DNA of 64,000 nucleotides from Octopus vulgaris (taxonomy: Eukaryota). How positions within the stretch are numbered: the first letter of the stretch is position 1; each line of letters begins with the position of its first letter. Under the pieces are notes generated by a model. The model saw nothing but the letters and a program-made list of their open reading frames with translations, made no database searches and was not told the origin of the DNA. This document shows, piece after piece, positions 13,856-28,581 of this stretch. Location of the stretch: contig OX597835.1 of NCBI GenBank assembly GCA_951406725.2, positions 11,284,001 to 11,348,000 of the forward strand, read 5' to 3'. Both the position numbers and the translations under genes were made by a program.

Positions 13856-14148
13856 TGTTTCGTTCATCATGTTTTCCTACCAGTATTTGATTAGTATCCT
13901 TCCATTGAAAGCATCTAGCACTTTCCCTATTGTCCTTGCTGTGCCAAGGAAACCAGGATTTCTGTAGACACAGGAAATTGGGAATTTAGCAGGATAATGG
14001 GATTATAAATACAGGATGCTGCTGCAAATTGAGATTAAGTGTGTGGGTGTGTGTGGCATTGAGCTCTTGACGAGGTCTGATCCCTGTTATTGGATCCTCT
14101 CAATTTTCAAGACCTTCATGATATTAAGTATGCAACTGTATGTATCAT

Positions 14149-14224
<76 letters not shown>

Positions 14225-14411
14225 TGTGTGTGTGTGTGTGAAGGTGCTGGTAGAGTACAAGATATATTCATACACCATAATTTTTATGTTTCTACACCTG
14301 ATATCAGAATGGGTGTATATGTATTTTGGTATCTTTTCTTCAAATTCTATTCCTTGATATGTGTGTGTGTGTGCGTGTATGTATGTATCACTTGTTTGCA
14401 CTCTCTTTCTC

Positions 14412-14495
<84 letters not shown>

Positions 14496-15038
14496 GTGGT
14501 ATGTGTTTCTCTAAGTAATATATATATGTATGTGTGTGTATATAATTGAATATATATATATATTATACATATATATATAGAGAGAGAGGGAGGGAGAGAG
14601 TGGAGAGGCAAAAAGAGAGCATGGGGAGGGGCTGTTGAATTCACTGTGTGTGAATAATTAACTTTTTCTGTATATATTTCCCATCTAACTATACACATTA
14701 CATATGTGTGTGTGTGTGTGTGTAACTGTATGATAGCATGAATATATTTGTGTATATTATTGTGTTTTGTGTTTATAATGTGTGCATATACCTAAGTATA
14801 CATAAGAATATATGTGTGTGTATTTTGTGTGTGTGTGTGTGTGTGTGTATGCATACATATACACTTGAGCACATTAATTCTTTATTTGGTTTTTGTGTCT
14901 GTATTTAATTCTTTTCCAATATACCATATTGATATATATATATATATGTTTCGTTTCGTTCTTTCCTTTCTCCCAGTATATATATATACACACACACATA
15001 TACACACACATATATATACTCATACATATATATATATA

Positions 15039-15101
<63 letters not shown>

Positions 15102-16152
15102 TATACATGTATATGCATATTTTTATCTATATATGTGTAGGTGTCTTTGTATATTCATATATATGTATATAGGTACATTTATATGTGTATATAGATGTGT
15201 TTATATATGTATTTATATATTTGCATATTTGCTTATAAATCTGATTATATGCCTATATATGTGTGTATATATACATATGTATGTATGTATATTTATATGT
15301 GTGTATGCATATGCACTCACACACAAACATACACACTCACACACTCACTCACACACACACACACACTCACACAAACATATACAAACACACATGTATGTAT
15401 GTAAGTAGGTATATACGTGAGCAGTTAAGCTTTTTATTCCGTCATCGATTTTAAATAACTTTTCTTCTGGTCACTGATTTTCGGTTAGCATATTTCTCTG
15501 GAATATTTGCAGAATGAATTAAATATTAAATCAGTGAGGCATGCATATTCAAAGAAGTTTTTCTGCCCATACCATACATCGGTCAAGCAGTTATTGAGTG
15601 TGGTCTGTATTTTGGGTAAACACGAACTCCGTCTTTTACGATTCCTTTTCTCCAATTGACTCTTTCTGACATTCTGTGGTTTGTGAGTTTAAAACTTAAT
15701 TGTTTTCGATTCTAGTTACTGTTGTTTTAGGGAATATGGGGGTGGGGGAGCAGCAGGAAGTGATATCGAACCAGTGTGTGTGTTCATTATTTTTGGTATA
15801 ATGACCCTCCCAAAATTCAACAAAAATACTAACCATGCAATGAGGAAGTTGATGCTGTGCTGTGTTATCCAGCTCTTAAATGTTCAGTTCAAATATATTG
15901 GGAGGTTGGTCTTTAAGTTTGCTTCCCAACCAATGTGGTTTCAGGTTCAAACCCACTCAAGCCTAGTGAGTGGGTTTAATTGATGGAAGCAAAAATAAGC
16001 CCATCGTCTTTTTTTTTGTGTGTGTGTGTGTATGTGTGCATATGTGTAAGTATATGTTTTAAGAAGGTTGATGGTATTCGAGAGAGATTTGACTGCTATT
16101 TTTAGCAATTACGTAGGACCTAGATGATCTGCCCTCATGTATCTTCATGTTG

Positions 16153-16622
16153 TAAGGTATAAAAGATGGGCTATAGAAAATATTCTGCTCAATACCACAG
16201 ATTTACTTGTCAGTTGTTTGACCTTAACCAGTTGAGCATGTCTCTTGGTGGCTGACGATATGTGCATCTCTGATCACGAGCAGAAGTAGTGGGAGAGCAT
16301 CATAGCCATGTGTTGAAAGGAATTCTTGGAGGTTTGGATAATTCACCTTTGGAAACATGGGTGGTTCGTTCAACATCCTTAAACAATCCTTATTCAGGGA
16401 CCTTTTGAGTAGGATGGGCTACTCGACCAGAAGAACATCCTAACTGGGCCCCACCTGCAAGGTCATGTGATATTTATCTTGATATGAGATCACTGTGTCG
16501 CACACACATGGTTGTGATGCATGTGCCTGGTGGACCCTTATCAGACGGGTAGTCCTGATGGGTATACTGGGCTTCGTATATTTTACCCTAGTCTCACTTT
16601 GATAGCATGCTCTACTCTCTCA
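16153..16622 (-). mobile_element. Interspersed non-coding retroelement-like repeat
   Basis: GC-richer island resembling a repeat I recall from octopus genomes; only one copy in the window, family not assigned. Confidence 0.45.
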
Positions 16623-17098
16623 CCCAACAACAACAACAATAAAAAAAATTTTTTGAATAATAATAATAATAAGAAGAAGAATAATGGTTTCAAATTTTTT
16701 GGCACAAAGCCAACAATTTCAATAATATGATGAAGAACCACAACAACAACAACAAAGATTGACTTTGTTTATTGAATTTTGCAATTTTTTCAACAATGTC
16801 TGTCTTCCTCGGATTCAAAAATTACAATGCAGAAATATAAAAATTAAAAGTAATTTGAACAGAAATATCCTACATTCCATTTTTTTTTTTTATACTAAAC
16901 AATGTCAGGAATTTTTGCTTTTACATAAATGGTACCAAGGTTAAAAAAAAAAGAAGAAGAAAAAATGTAATCAGGAAAGAGAACACTTAGTCAGAGAGTT
17001 TTGTATAAATTTGATGGAATTCTCTTATCATTTTGTTCATTCGTCTAGGACATGACATTTGTAATTCAGAAATATATTTACCCTAATATCTTTTGAGC

Positions 17099-17145
<47 letters not shown>

Positions 17146-17292
17146 TAATAATAATAACAATAATAATAATGCACCTAGACATAACACCAACATGAACTTC
17201 TAACTTGTTGTCTCTTGAGGACTTTGGGTGAGACTTGGAGGCAACTTGTGTACAAATGCAAAGCAAAAGTCAAACATAAAATAATAATAATA

Positions 17293-17347
<55 letters not shown>

Positions 17348-17516
17348 TATCACTTAACGGTTCGGCAAAAGAGACCGATAGAATAAGTACTGTGCTTACA
17401 AAGAATAAGTCCCGGGGTCGAGTTGCTTGACTAAAGCCGGTGCTCCAGCATGGCCACAGTCAACTGACTGAAACAAGTAAAAGAGTAAAAGAGTAAAGAG
17501 TATAATTAGTATAAGA

Positions 17517-17900
17517 TTAGTAAATATAAAGACCTGCTAATAGAAATTGAAAAAATGTGGCATCTCAAGGCGACTACAGTACCAGTGATTGTAGGATCTC
17601 TAGGAATGATAAAAAATGGCACTGAAACCTATTTGAAAATGATTCCAGGCTTACCATTCCTACAGGAAGTGCAGAAAATCATATTCACTGGAACGGCTCA
17701 TGTACTGAGAAGAGCACTATCGCTGTGAAAATAACATCTATCCATGAATTTATTTATTTATTAATTTTTAAATACATATTTTATCTGTGAATTTGCACGT
17801 GTAATCTGGAAATGCATATAATGCCCTTCTCTGCCCTAGGTGTATGGAAAACACTCGGCGAGAAACGGAAGAAAATTTGAAGAAAGAAGGAAAAAAACAT
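17517..17900 (+). mobile_element. R4/Dong-type LINE 3' end followed by (TAA)n
   Basis: SKYKDLLIEIEKMWHLKATTVPVIVGSLGMIK...LQEVQKIIFTGTAHVLRRALSL*; homologous to 11112-11587. Confidence 0.88.
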
Positions 17901-17903
17901 AGC

Positions 17904-17953
<50 letters not shown>

Positions 17954-18301
17954 TAATCCTTTCTGTTATAGGCACAAGGCCTGGAATTTTGTGGGCAGGG
18001 GTCAAGTCAATTAGATCAATCCTAGGGATGCAACTGACACTTATTTTATCAACCCCAAAAGGATGAAAGGCAAAATTAATCTCAACAGAATTTGAACTCA
18101 GAACGTAAAGACATACAAAATGCCATGAAGCATTTTGCCCAGCATGCCAACAATTCTGCCAGTTTGCTGCCTTAGCAATAATAATAATGGTTTCAAATTT
18201 TGGTGCTAAGCCAGCAATTTTGGATAAGGGCATAAGTCAATATCGACTCCGGTGCCCAACTGGTGCTTACTTTATTGACCTCAAAGAGATAATAATAAAT
18301 C

Positions 18302-18351
<50 letters not shown>

Positions 18352-19273
18352 CACTGCGTGGCACTTTGGGCAGGTGTCTTCCGCTATAGCCCTGAGTCGA
18401 CCGAAGCTTTGTGATTGAATTCGGTAGGCGGAAGTTACTGCCGTGTGTGTATGTGTGCGTGTAGGTGCTCAGTGCCTCTCCGAAAGGGAGAGAGGGTTTC
18501 TACTATAGGCACAAGGCCTGAAATTTGGGGGTAGGGGACTAGTCGATTGCATTGACCTAGTGTTTCACTGGTACTTAATTTATTGACCCCGAAAGGATGA
18601 AAGAGAAGTCGTCCCTGGTGGAATTTGAACTTAGAATGTAAAGATGGATGAAAAGCCATGGAGCACTTCATCCAGCATGCTAACGATTCTGTAAATCCTA
18701 CTTAACATGGATGTACTGTAAGACTGCCAGTTAACTATGGTATTCATATTCCAACAGCATCCTGTACAGACATATACTCTCTTTTACTCTTTTATTTGTT
18801 TCAGTCATTTGACTGTGGCCATGCTGGAGCACCGCCTTTATAGAGCTAAAAAGCAGAGCATTATAAGCAGCAGACAAAAAATATCCAACACCAGGGATGA
18901 AACTGCTCGAGCACATGATTTCTGCATGTTTGCACATCATCATCAGCAGGTATCCTCTATCATCTCCTGTTAGTACGTCCACATTAAGTAGCATATGCAG
19001 ATTGCTATTCAGTGCTAATGCTGCTCCCGTTGCTAATATCTAAATTTTCCCAAACGCGAATGATATCCACATTCTTGAGTTCACACACACGCACATATAC
19101 ACAAACATGTGTGCACATTCACCAAGCTGATGTGCACATATGCATGAACATATGTGCACTGTCACAAATTGGTGTGAATTTTCTGAATCCATTTGTGAAA
19201 ACCATAAACTAAAACCATAAATGTATTGTGTGTTATAGGGAAAACAATGAGAGAGTTTATATAATTAATGTTA

Positions 19274-19675
19274 GGAGTGGCTGTGTGGTAAGTAGCTTGC
19301 TAACCAACCACATGGTTCTGGGTTCAGTCCCACTGCATGGCATCTTGGGCAAGTGTCTTCTGCTATAGCCCCGGGCCGACCAATGCCTTGTGAGTGGATT
19401 TGGTAGACGGAAACTGAAAGAAGCCTGTCGTATATATGTATATATATGTGTATGTGTGTGTGTGTTTGTGTGTCTGTGTTTGTCCCCCTAGCATTGCTTG
19501 ACAGCCGATGCTGGTGTGTTTGCGTCCCCATCACTTGGCGGTTCAGCCAAAGAGACAGATGGAGTGGGTGCTGGGCTTGCAGGGAATAAGTCCCGGTGTC
19601 GATTTTCTCGACTAAAGGCGGTGCTCCAGCATGGCCGCAGTCGGGTGACTGAAACAAGTAAAAGAGTAAAGGAGT
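19274..19675 (+). mobile_element. SINE family A flanked by an ~75 bp direct duplication
   Basis: Colinear with other family A copies; flanks 19186-19273 and 19676-19750 match each other. Confidence 0.9.
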
Positions 19676-20034
19676 AATCCATTTGTGAAAACCATAAATG
19701 TATTGTGTGTTATAGGGAAAACAACGAGAGAGTTTATATAATTAATGTTAAATATATGGTGTATTATGGAGGAAGCAATGATAAAATTAATATAATTATG
19801 TTAAATCGTGATTAGAGTGTTAAATGGTGTTATGCACAAACTTGATTTCCACACAATTCTATCGGCTTGGAACATGGTCGATTTTGGCATCAGTTCCTGC
19901 TCGTAGTCAGGTAACTGAATTAATGTGACTAAATGAGAGAAGCATCTATTTAAATGATTGATCTTTATTCATAAATTTATTCTCAGCCAGCAATGTAGTC
20001 ACATGACTTGTTTGATGTAGGCAAATATTTATTG

Positions 20035-20378
20035 GTAACCTCGCCTTTCTGGCATCCATGCCGGTGGCACGTAAAAAACACCATTCGAGCATGATCGTTA
20101 CCAGCATCGCCTTACTGGCACCCGCGTCAGTGGCATGTGTAAAAGATTCGAGCAAGGTCGTTGCCAGTACCGCCTGTCTGGCTCCATGCCGGTGGCACGT
20201 AAAAGCACCCACAACACTCTAGGAGTGGTTGGCGTTAGGAAGGGCATCCAGCTGTAGAAACTCTGCCAGATCAAGATTGAAGCCTGGTGCAGCCATCTGG
20301 TTCGCCAGCCCTCAGTCATTCGTCCAACCCATGCTAGCATGGAAAGCAGACGTTAACCGACGATGACGATGATGATGA
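20035..20378 (+). mobile_element. SINE-like family C (internal minisatellite, (GAT)n tail)
   Basis: gccggtggcacgtaaaa repeats, ggcgttaggaagggcatccagctgtagaaa, ccatgctagcatggaaagc.gacgttaa, (gat)n. Confidence 0.85.
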
Positions 20379-20499
20379 TTACCCTGCTCCACTTCCACTC
20401 CAGGGTAAGGCACTTGTCTCTTACTAGATGTTCTCAGTTCATTCACAAAACATCTGGTTTCCATTTCCCTACCATTCCAAAACCTAGGTTAACAAAAAG

Positions 20500-20745
20500 A
20501 AATTCTTAGTCGACCGAGACATCAACTGCCACGGCTGCAGCGTCGTTGCTTTTGAGACTTCTGGGTTCCTGTAATTATGCAAAGCAAGAATCCAACCTCA
20601 GTGAAGGTGTCTGCAGCCCAATGGATATCTGATGGATATGCCATGCCCCTTTTTCTCACCAAAGCTAGTTTTAATATCAACATGGTGGAGTATTTCAACA
20701 TCTTTCGTAAAGTCCTCATGCTGTGGATTAATAAACATTTTGTTT
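20500..20745 (+). mobile_element. DD37D/maT-like transposase fragment
   Basis: SKNPTSVKVSAA..SDGYAMPLFLTKASFNINMVEYFNIFRKVLMLWINKHF resembles the K.P.SVMV.A.V.SDG..MPP.F....KIN...Y..IL...L.PWI block. Confidence 0.65.
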
Positions 20746-20795
20746 CCATATCTGAGTTGGAATATATTGCCTTTGTTTCAATTATTTTTTTTTAA

Positions 20796-21014
20796 CCCTT
20801 TAGTGTTCTGATTATTCTATCAAACATAATGCTTATTGATTCACATTGATTTGAATTAATCATGCATTATCTCATATCTTCAAGATCTTGATGGTGTAAT
20901 TACTTAATGTAGAATGACATTGTAGGGTAGGTGCGAGAGCCTGGATCTGGTCAGTTTGAACATAAAACAGAATAAAATATTTTGGCCGGATATGGCGGTT
21001 TAAATACTAAAGGG
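20796..21014. mobile_element. piggyBac-like MITE
   Basis: TTAA|CCCTTTAGT...ACTAAAGGG|TTAA; homologous to 9158-9378. Confidence 0.85.
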
Positions 21015-21227
21015 TTAAATAATCAAGGTGATTCATAGGCGCAGGGGTGGCTTTGTGGAAAGTAGCTTGCTTACCAACCACATGGTTCCAGGTTCAGTCC
21101 CATTCCGGAAACTGAAAGAAGCCTTTCTCCATGATGCTTGGCTTCCTGCTAATGATTCCCAATTTCCATATCTATCTCCAAATTGTGAAGATTACCTTCT
21201 ACAGCATAGACAGACAGACAGATAGAT

Positions 21228-21298
<71 letters not shown>

Positions 21299-21493
21299 GC
21301 TATACACATGCACATACACTCACCAGTACACATATAGAGACTTAAATAGATGGACCGACACTTATATTGTTTAAACTGCTCAGCATCATAATGTGTTTCA
21401 TGGCAAGTTAGAATATTCATTAGTTAAAGCAATTGTCAAATAAACCCTTTTATCTCCCTTTAATTACTCCTTAGCACACATGAAATGGAGCTG

Positions 21494-21598
21494 TGAAATT
21501 TCAGAACTTAATACATTAGTAAATGTATCAGCTTTACCTCCTGGATTGAGTGCGTCACTCTTTTGGTCAATATTCTGTATTAACAGTCTGTTAAAAAT

Positions 21599-21630
<32 letters not shown>

Positions 21631-22849
21631 TTGCATGTGTGTGTATCTTTCTTTCTCCCAAATGAGTGTGTATGTATATGTGGTGGATATCTGACATAAA
21701 CACACACACACACACACACACACATGCATACATGTTATACATGAAATTTCAGACCTTACTACATTAGTAAATATATCAGCTTTACCTCCTGGATTGAGTG
21801 CGTCACTCTTTTGGTCAATATTCTGTATTAACAGTCTGCTAAAAATGTGTGTTTGTGTGTGTGTGTGTGTGTTTGCATGTGTGTGTATCTTTCTTTCTCC
21901 AAAATGAGTGTGTATGTATATGTGGTGGATATCTGACATACACACACACACAACACACACACACACACATGCTACATGTTATACATGCATTCCTTCTACT
22001 TGACACATGATGACACACACACACACACACACACATGCATACATGTTATACATGCATTCACTTTCACTTGTTTAAGTAATAAATCCCTTTTTACAGCAAG
22101 AACCGCAATAAAACCTAAGTGTTAATGGGACTTGGAAGCTAAATTAGCAATTGTTTAATAGGTGGTAATTTTGGGGTGTTATATCTGTTCCATAGTTTTA
22201 GAGACGCACACACACATGATGACACACACACACACACATGCATACATGTTATACATGAAATTTCAGAACTTAATACATTAGTAAATATATCAGCTTTACC
22301 TCCTGGATTGAGTGCATCACTACTTTTCCATTTCAATTTCGTATTTTCTTTTCAAATATTCTCCTTCATCGTGTAGTGTTGATTGACTTGGTACTTAAGG
22401 TTTTGGCATTACTTGCTGTTAATCTGTTGAGGCTTTTCAACACCTCTCATCTGTAATTTCTTCTTCATATGCTGGCAAATAAGAACAAAATAATTAAATG
22501 ACAAAATTAAAATGAGTTGAAAATTGTTTTTACTCCATGATGGCTAAGTGTCTGTATTAACAGTCTGTTAAAAATGTGTGTTTGTGTGTGTGTGTGTGTG
22601 TGTGTTTGCATGTGTGTGTACCTTTATTTCTCCCAAATGAGTGTGTATGTATATGTGGTGGATATCTGACATAAACACGCACAGGATTACACACACACAC
22701 ACACATGCATACATGTTATACATGAAATTTCAGACCTTACTGACAGCTTAGATTCCAAATTTGAATATTGAGGGGCATTCTGTGACCATCAGCCACAATG
22801 ATTGAGTGCGTCACTCTTTTGGTCAATATTCTGTATTAACAGTCTGTTA
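21494..22849. repeat. Local mosaic duplication of an ~248 bp unit (two full copies and three partial copies)
   Basis: Unit tgaaatttcaga.ctta.tacattagtaaat...ctgacata at 21494 and 21742; fragments at ~22256, ~22551 and ~22800. Confidence 0.9.
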
Positions 22850-22955
22850 TGCTTTCAGTGAAATGGTGGCTTATTAGAGGATTCTTTGAATCTTATTTTT
22901 AGCAACGCTGTTACCTTGTGTACCCTCACTTTTAATTTCAGTAAATTATAAAATT

Positions 22956-23011
<56 letters not shown>

Positions 23012-23013
<2 letters not shown>

Positions 23014-23176
23014 CGCAGGAGTGGCTGTGTGGTAAGTAGTTTGTTTCCCAACCACATGGTTCTGGGTTCAGTCCCACTGCATGGCACCTTGGGCAAGTGT
23101 CTTCTACTATAGCTTTGGGCTGACCAAAGCCTTGTGAGTGGATTTGGTAGACAGAAACTGAAAGAAGCCCGTCGTA

Positions 23177-23222
<46 letters not shown>

Positions 23223-23450
23223 TGTGTGTGTTTGTGTGTCTGTATTTGTCCCCCTAGCATTGCTTGACAACCGATGCTGGTGTGTTTATGTCCCCATTAC
23301 TTAGTGGTTTGGCAAAAAGAGACCGATAGAATAAGTACTGGGCTTACAAAAGAATAAGTCCTGGGGTCGAGTTGGTTGATTAAAGGCGGTGCTCCAGCAT
23401 GGCCGCAGTCAAATGACTGAAACAAGTAAAAGAGTAAAAGAGTAAAGAGT
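23012..23450 (+). mobile_element. SINE family A
   Basis: Full head to tail, inserted after (TA)n. Confidence 0.9.
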
Positions 23451-24145
23451 AATATATATGTTATATATCTAGCCATATATATATATATATCCATATAACA
23501 TATATATTATATACAAAAGACGTGTGTGTGCACATGTGTGTCTGTGTGTCAGTTGGTATTTGCATTCCACCTAAAACCACAAGTGCCATTTGTTCTGGCC
23601 ATTTTCTCTTATCAACAAATCATGCTCTTACTTTTCATGTGCTTTGAAGATTTGCAAAATAAGAGTCTTCTTAGCAACACGAAAGGCATCAGACTCCTGT
23701 CAAACAATGTCTCACATAGAGATCCATCTAACTCAGACTAGCATGGCAAAACAGACATAAAAACACATAAATGAACTCACTATGTCTATTATTGCTTCCT
23801 GCCCATAGCTGTTGTTTAGCTTCAGGCCAGCTCTTGACTGAGTAAACCTAAGAATTTGAATGTTCTCACTTTCACTATCTTATATTTTTACATATGAAGT
23901 ACCATGTTCTTCAATAGATATGAACTGACGTAGAATTGGTTACCGTTTCTGGGGAGTAATATAATCACATACAAGTTCTCTCTCTCTCTCTGTATAGTTT
24001 GTATTTTGCTTTGATGTTGTCTGCTGTGAAATTCTAATTCTCCAAAATTTGTTTTGGCTCCAGTCATCAGTATATAATCCTTGTGTAGAACATTTCTCCA
24101 GGGTCTGATTTCTCAAACGTTTAATACATATATACATATATATAC

Positions 24146-24270
<125 letters not shown>

Positions 24271-24271
24271 A

Positions 24272-24468
24272 TTGAGAAAAAAATAGTTGGCAGAATTTTG
24301 GAAAAAATTCTTTTTATTTCTTCATTATTATTAGTGCTTCCGTTCCTTTCTAGAACTTGTCAAATAGAATTTTATTTGACAAGTTCTAAAAAGGAATGAA
24401 AAGTGCTTATACTAATGAAGAAATAAAAGGAATTTTTTCCAAAATTCTGCCGACGTTTTTCTTCTCAA
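24272..24468. repeat. ~197 bp loop-less imperfect palindrome
   Basis: ttgagaa...ggcagaattttggaaaaaattc...agaacttgtcaaata-gaattt-tatttgacaagttct...gaattttttccaaaattctgcc...ttctcaa. Confidence 0.9.
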
Positions 24469-24515
24469 AATTCACTTTCTGTACATCACACCTAACACTC
24501 TATACACACACACAC

Positions 24516-24566
<51 letters not shown>

Positions 24567-24599
24567 AATTGAGATAGGGGTTATATATATATATATATA

Positions 24600-25000
24600 G
24601 GCGCAGGAGTGGCTGTGTGGTAAGTAGCTTGCTTACTAACCACATGGTTCCGGGTTCAGTCCCACTGCGTGGCATCTTGGGCAAGTGTCTTCTGCTATAG
24701 CCCCGGGCCGACCAATGCCTTGTGAGTGGATTTGGTAGACGGAAACTGAAAGAAGCCTGTCGTATATATGTATATATATATATGTGTGTGTGTGTTTGTG
24801 TGTCTGTGTTTGTCCCCCTTGCATTGCTTGACAACCGATGCTGGTGTGTTTATGTCCTCGTCACTTAGCGGTTCGGCAAAAGAGACCGATAGAATAAGTA
24901 CTGGGCTTACAAAGAATAAGTCCCGGGGTCGATGTGCTCGACTAAAGGCAGTGCTCCAGCATGACTGAAACAAGTAAAATAGTAAAAGAGTAAAAAGAGT
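24600..25000 (+). mobile_element. SINE family A
   Basis: Full head to tail, inserted after (TA)n. Confidence 0.9.
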
Positions 25001-25128
25001 ATATATACACACATACTTACATACATACATATAGAGTAATGGGGTCGATATAATTGACTTAGCTGTTCCCCCAAAATTTCAGACCCTGCGCCTATAATAC
25101 AAAGGATTTACTATTATTATTATTATTA

Positions 25129-25177
<49 letters not shown>

Positions 25178-25611
25178 CATTATTATCATTGTTATTATTA
25201 ATATTATTATTATTATTATTATTATTATCTTATTAACTTGATGTATTTATTAATACCTTTATTATTTTCTCCCCGAAATTAATTTAACTTTTCATTTACT
25301 ATTTTGAGTAAAATTATTGGTGAAAACATGACTGGAAAAAGATTTTCAAAATAACCCCTGTATACACATCAATTCACAACAACAACAACAACAATAAAAA
25401 TAATAACGACAATAATAATTTTTAAAGTAAAATAAGAATTATAATATTGGGTGATTGGAAATTTTTTTCCTGTGTTTTCTTGTTTTTGTGTTTTTCTGTT
25501 CATATTTTGCTAAGTGATATAAAATCTTTCTTACTTGTGCAATAAAGCAATTATGAAAAAACACACAACCACAGATTTGTCAACCAATATCTTAATATTT
25601 CCTTTTCTTTG

Positions 25612-25669
<58 letters not shown>

Positions 25670-25713
25670 TCACATATATGTACACTTATACACATACTTA
25701 CACACTCACAGAG

Positions 25714-25751
<38 letters not shown>

Positions 25752-26495
25752 TCACATATATGTACACTTATACACATACTTACACACTCACAGAGATATA
25801 TCCACACACTGACACACTCAGACACGCACACATCCACATTCTCACAAAGACACACATACACATATATACACATTCGTACACACACATAAACTTACACATA
25901 CATATACATAGACACTCACACATATGCACATACATATGCACACGTGTATTCTTACACTCACACTCATACATACACACATACACTTATATTCGCACTCACA
26001 TACTTACACATTCAGACTTATAAACATTCATACACACACACACACATGTCCACACACTCAGACAGTCATACACACACAAAGACATACACACACCTGCAGA
26101 CACACACACACACACATGTACACACATGTAGACACACACACACATATTTACACACACATGTAGACACACACACACACACACACACATTTTTCCCTCTCCC
26201 CCACCTTCCCTCATCCTTCCAATCATAATCTTGATTTTGCACTCATTTTTCTTCTAAATTTCTTCCTTTTCTTTTTCTGTCTGCATCACCACCACCACCT
26301 CTATCCTCCTCTTTTGTGGATTTTTCTTTGCCATCTTTTTTGATAAATCTTTTTCTTTTTGCTTTTCTCATTTTTCCTCTTTTTCCCTTTTTACTCTCCC
26401 CCTCCTCCCTTCTCACTTTTTCAATCCCCTTCTTGGAGACTGTCAACCAATATGAAATCCTCTGTTTTTTTATTATATACACACACATACATACG

Positions 26496-26526
<31 letters not shown>

Positions 26527-26536
26527 GTATGTATGT

Positions 26537-26582
<46 letters not shown>

Positions 26583-26596
26583 ATATATATGTATGT

Positions 26597-26640
<44 letters not shown>

Positions 26641-27721
26641 ATACACACACACTAGGATACATACATACACATACATATATATATAATCATATACATATAT
26701 ATATATTCATATATATATATTCATATATATGTATATATATACACATACACCAGGATATCTCTTTCTCTCACTCTATGGGTGTGTGTGTGTACACACATAC
26801 ACACACTCACATAAATGTATATACATATACACACACACACAATCCAGGATATTAGTATGTGTATGTGTGTGTGTGTGTTTGTGTGTGTGCATGCGTGTGT
26901 GTCTTTAATTAACTAGAAAGTTCTTCTGAATAATTTTTTATGTCAACAGTAAAACCATAAGTATGTGTGTGGATGAATATAGCTGTATGGATATGTGGTG
27001 GTATGTATGTGTGAATCAGTGCCGATGTTGCATGTGTATGTGTGTGTGTGTGCGTGAATATTGTAGTTACAATATCAGTGTATGTGTGCATGTGTGTGTG
27101 TATATATATATATGAGTGTGTGTGTGTATTTATTTCTGTCTGAGTACACGATTGTTGTAGTAAGCAGAGATAGAAAAATATAAAGCTACAAATACTCTGA
27201 GATTTTTGGTAATATTTAGTAGAACTTTTTCCTTTTTGTGGAGGAAATTAACCAAAAAAAAAAAAAGAAAAAAAGAGAAAAACAGTAAGCAAAAAAGAAC
27301 ATTTTTGTTTCAGTTGTCATGGTTACTATTAGGTGGGAATAAATAGTTTGGAGTTTTGTGAAAATCCTGACCATCTTCCCTCTCTCAGCATCTTTGAATT
27401 TTCTTGGAAGAATTCCACCTGTATCTTTTCAATCTTTAGAAATGTTACCTTTCCATTTATCAGATTTATTGTCATCGTCATCACCAACACCATAAGCTAA
27501 TGATAGAGCCTCCTTGGAGTAGCTGGACCTGCTAGAAATAGGAGCTTATTCTCTTTTCAACCCCACTGTATTGTCTTAAGAAAGAGAAGATATGTTTGAT
27601 GATGTATGTCTAAACACATTGTCTGAAAAGAAAAGATTTAGAAAAAGGCAGGAGTGTTATGGTTTATATACCTGGATCAGAGTTTGACCTGTGGTTAAAC
27701 AACAGTTACAAGTTTGTCACC

Positions 27722-28581
27722 ATTTCATCATCATCATCAGCAGCAGCATCAGCATCACTGTTATCATTATCATCCTAATTATCATCATCATCATCATCAT
27801 GACTTGATATCACTCAACATCTTTTATCACTACTACAACCACCACTTCTACTACAATCACCACCACTACCACCACCACCATCACATCATCATCATCATCA
27901 TCATCACTACCATCATCATCATTATCACCACCACCACCACCATCATCATCACTGTACCACCACCACCATCTCCATCACCATCATTACCACCACCATCACC
28001 ACCACCATCACCACCATCGTCACTACCATCATCATCATCATCACAACCACTACCATCAGATTCACTGTACCACCACCACCATCTCCATCACCATCATTAC
28101 CCACCACCACCATCATCACTGTACCACCACCACCATCACCACTACCATCATCATCACTATCACCACCACCACCACCTCCATTACCATCACCATCATCATC
28201 ATCATCACTGTACCACTACCACTATCTCCATCACCATCATTATCATCACAATCATTACCACCACCATCACCACTATCGTCACTACCATCATCATCATCAT
28301 CACCACCACTACCATCAGATTCACTGTACCACCATCTCCATCACCATCATTACCCCCTACCATCATCATTGTATCACCACCACCATCACCACCACCACCA
28401 TCATCACTACCACCACCATCACCACCACTACCATCACCACCACCACCATCATCACTACCACCACCATCACCACCACTACCATCACCACCACCATCATCAT
28501 CACTATCACCACCACCACCACCTCCATTACCATCACCACCATCACCATCATCATCACCACCACCACCATCATCATCATCAT
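27722..28581. repeat. (CAC/CAT)n low-complexity tract
   Basis: Directly visible; source of the spurious poly-H/P/T ORFs. Confidence 0.9.

Noticed and set aside
24045-24075. CTGATGA on the minus strand as a further hammerhead
   Set aside because: Stem II is marginal and the GAAA box is missing.
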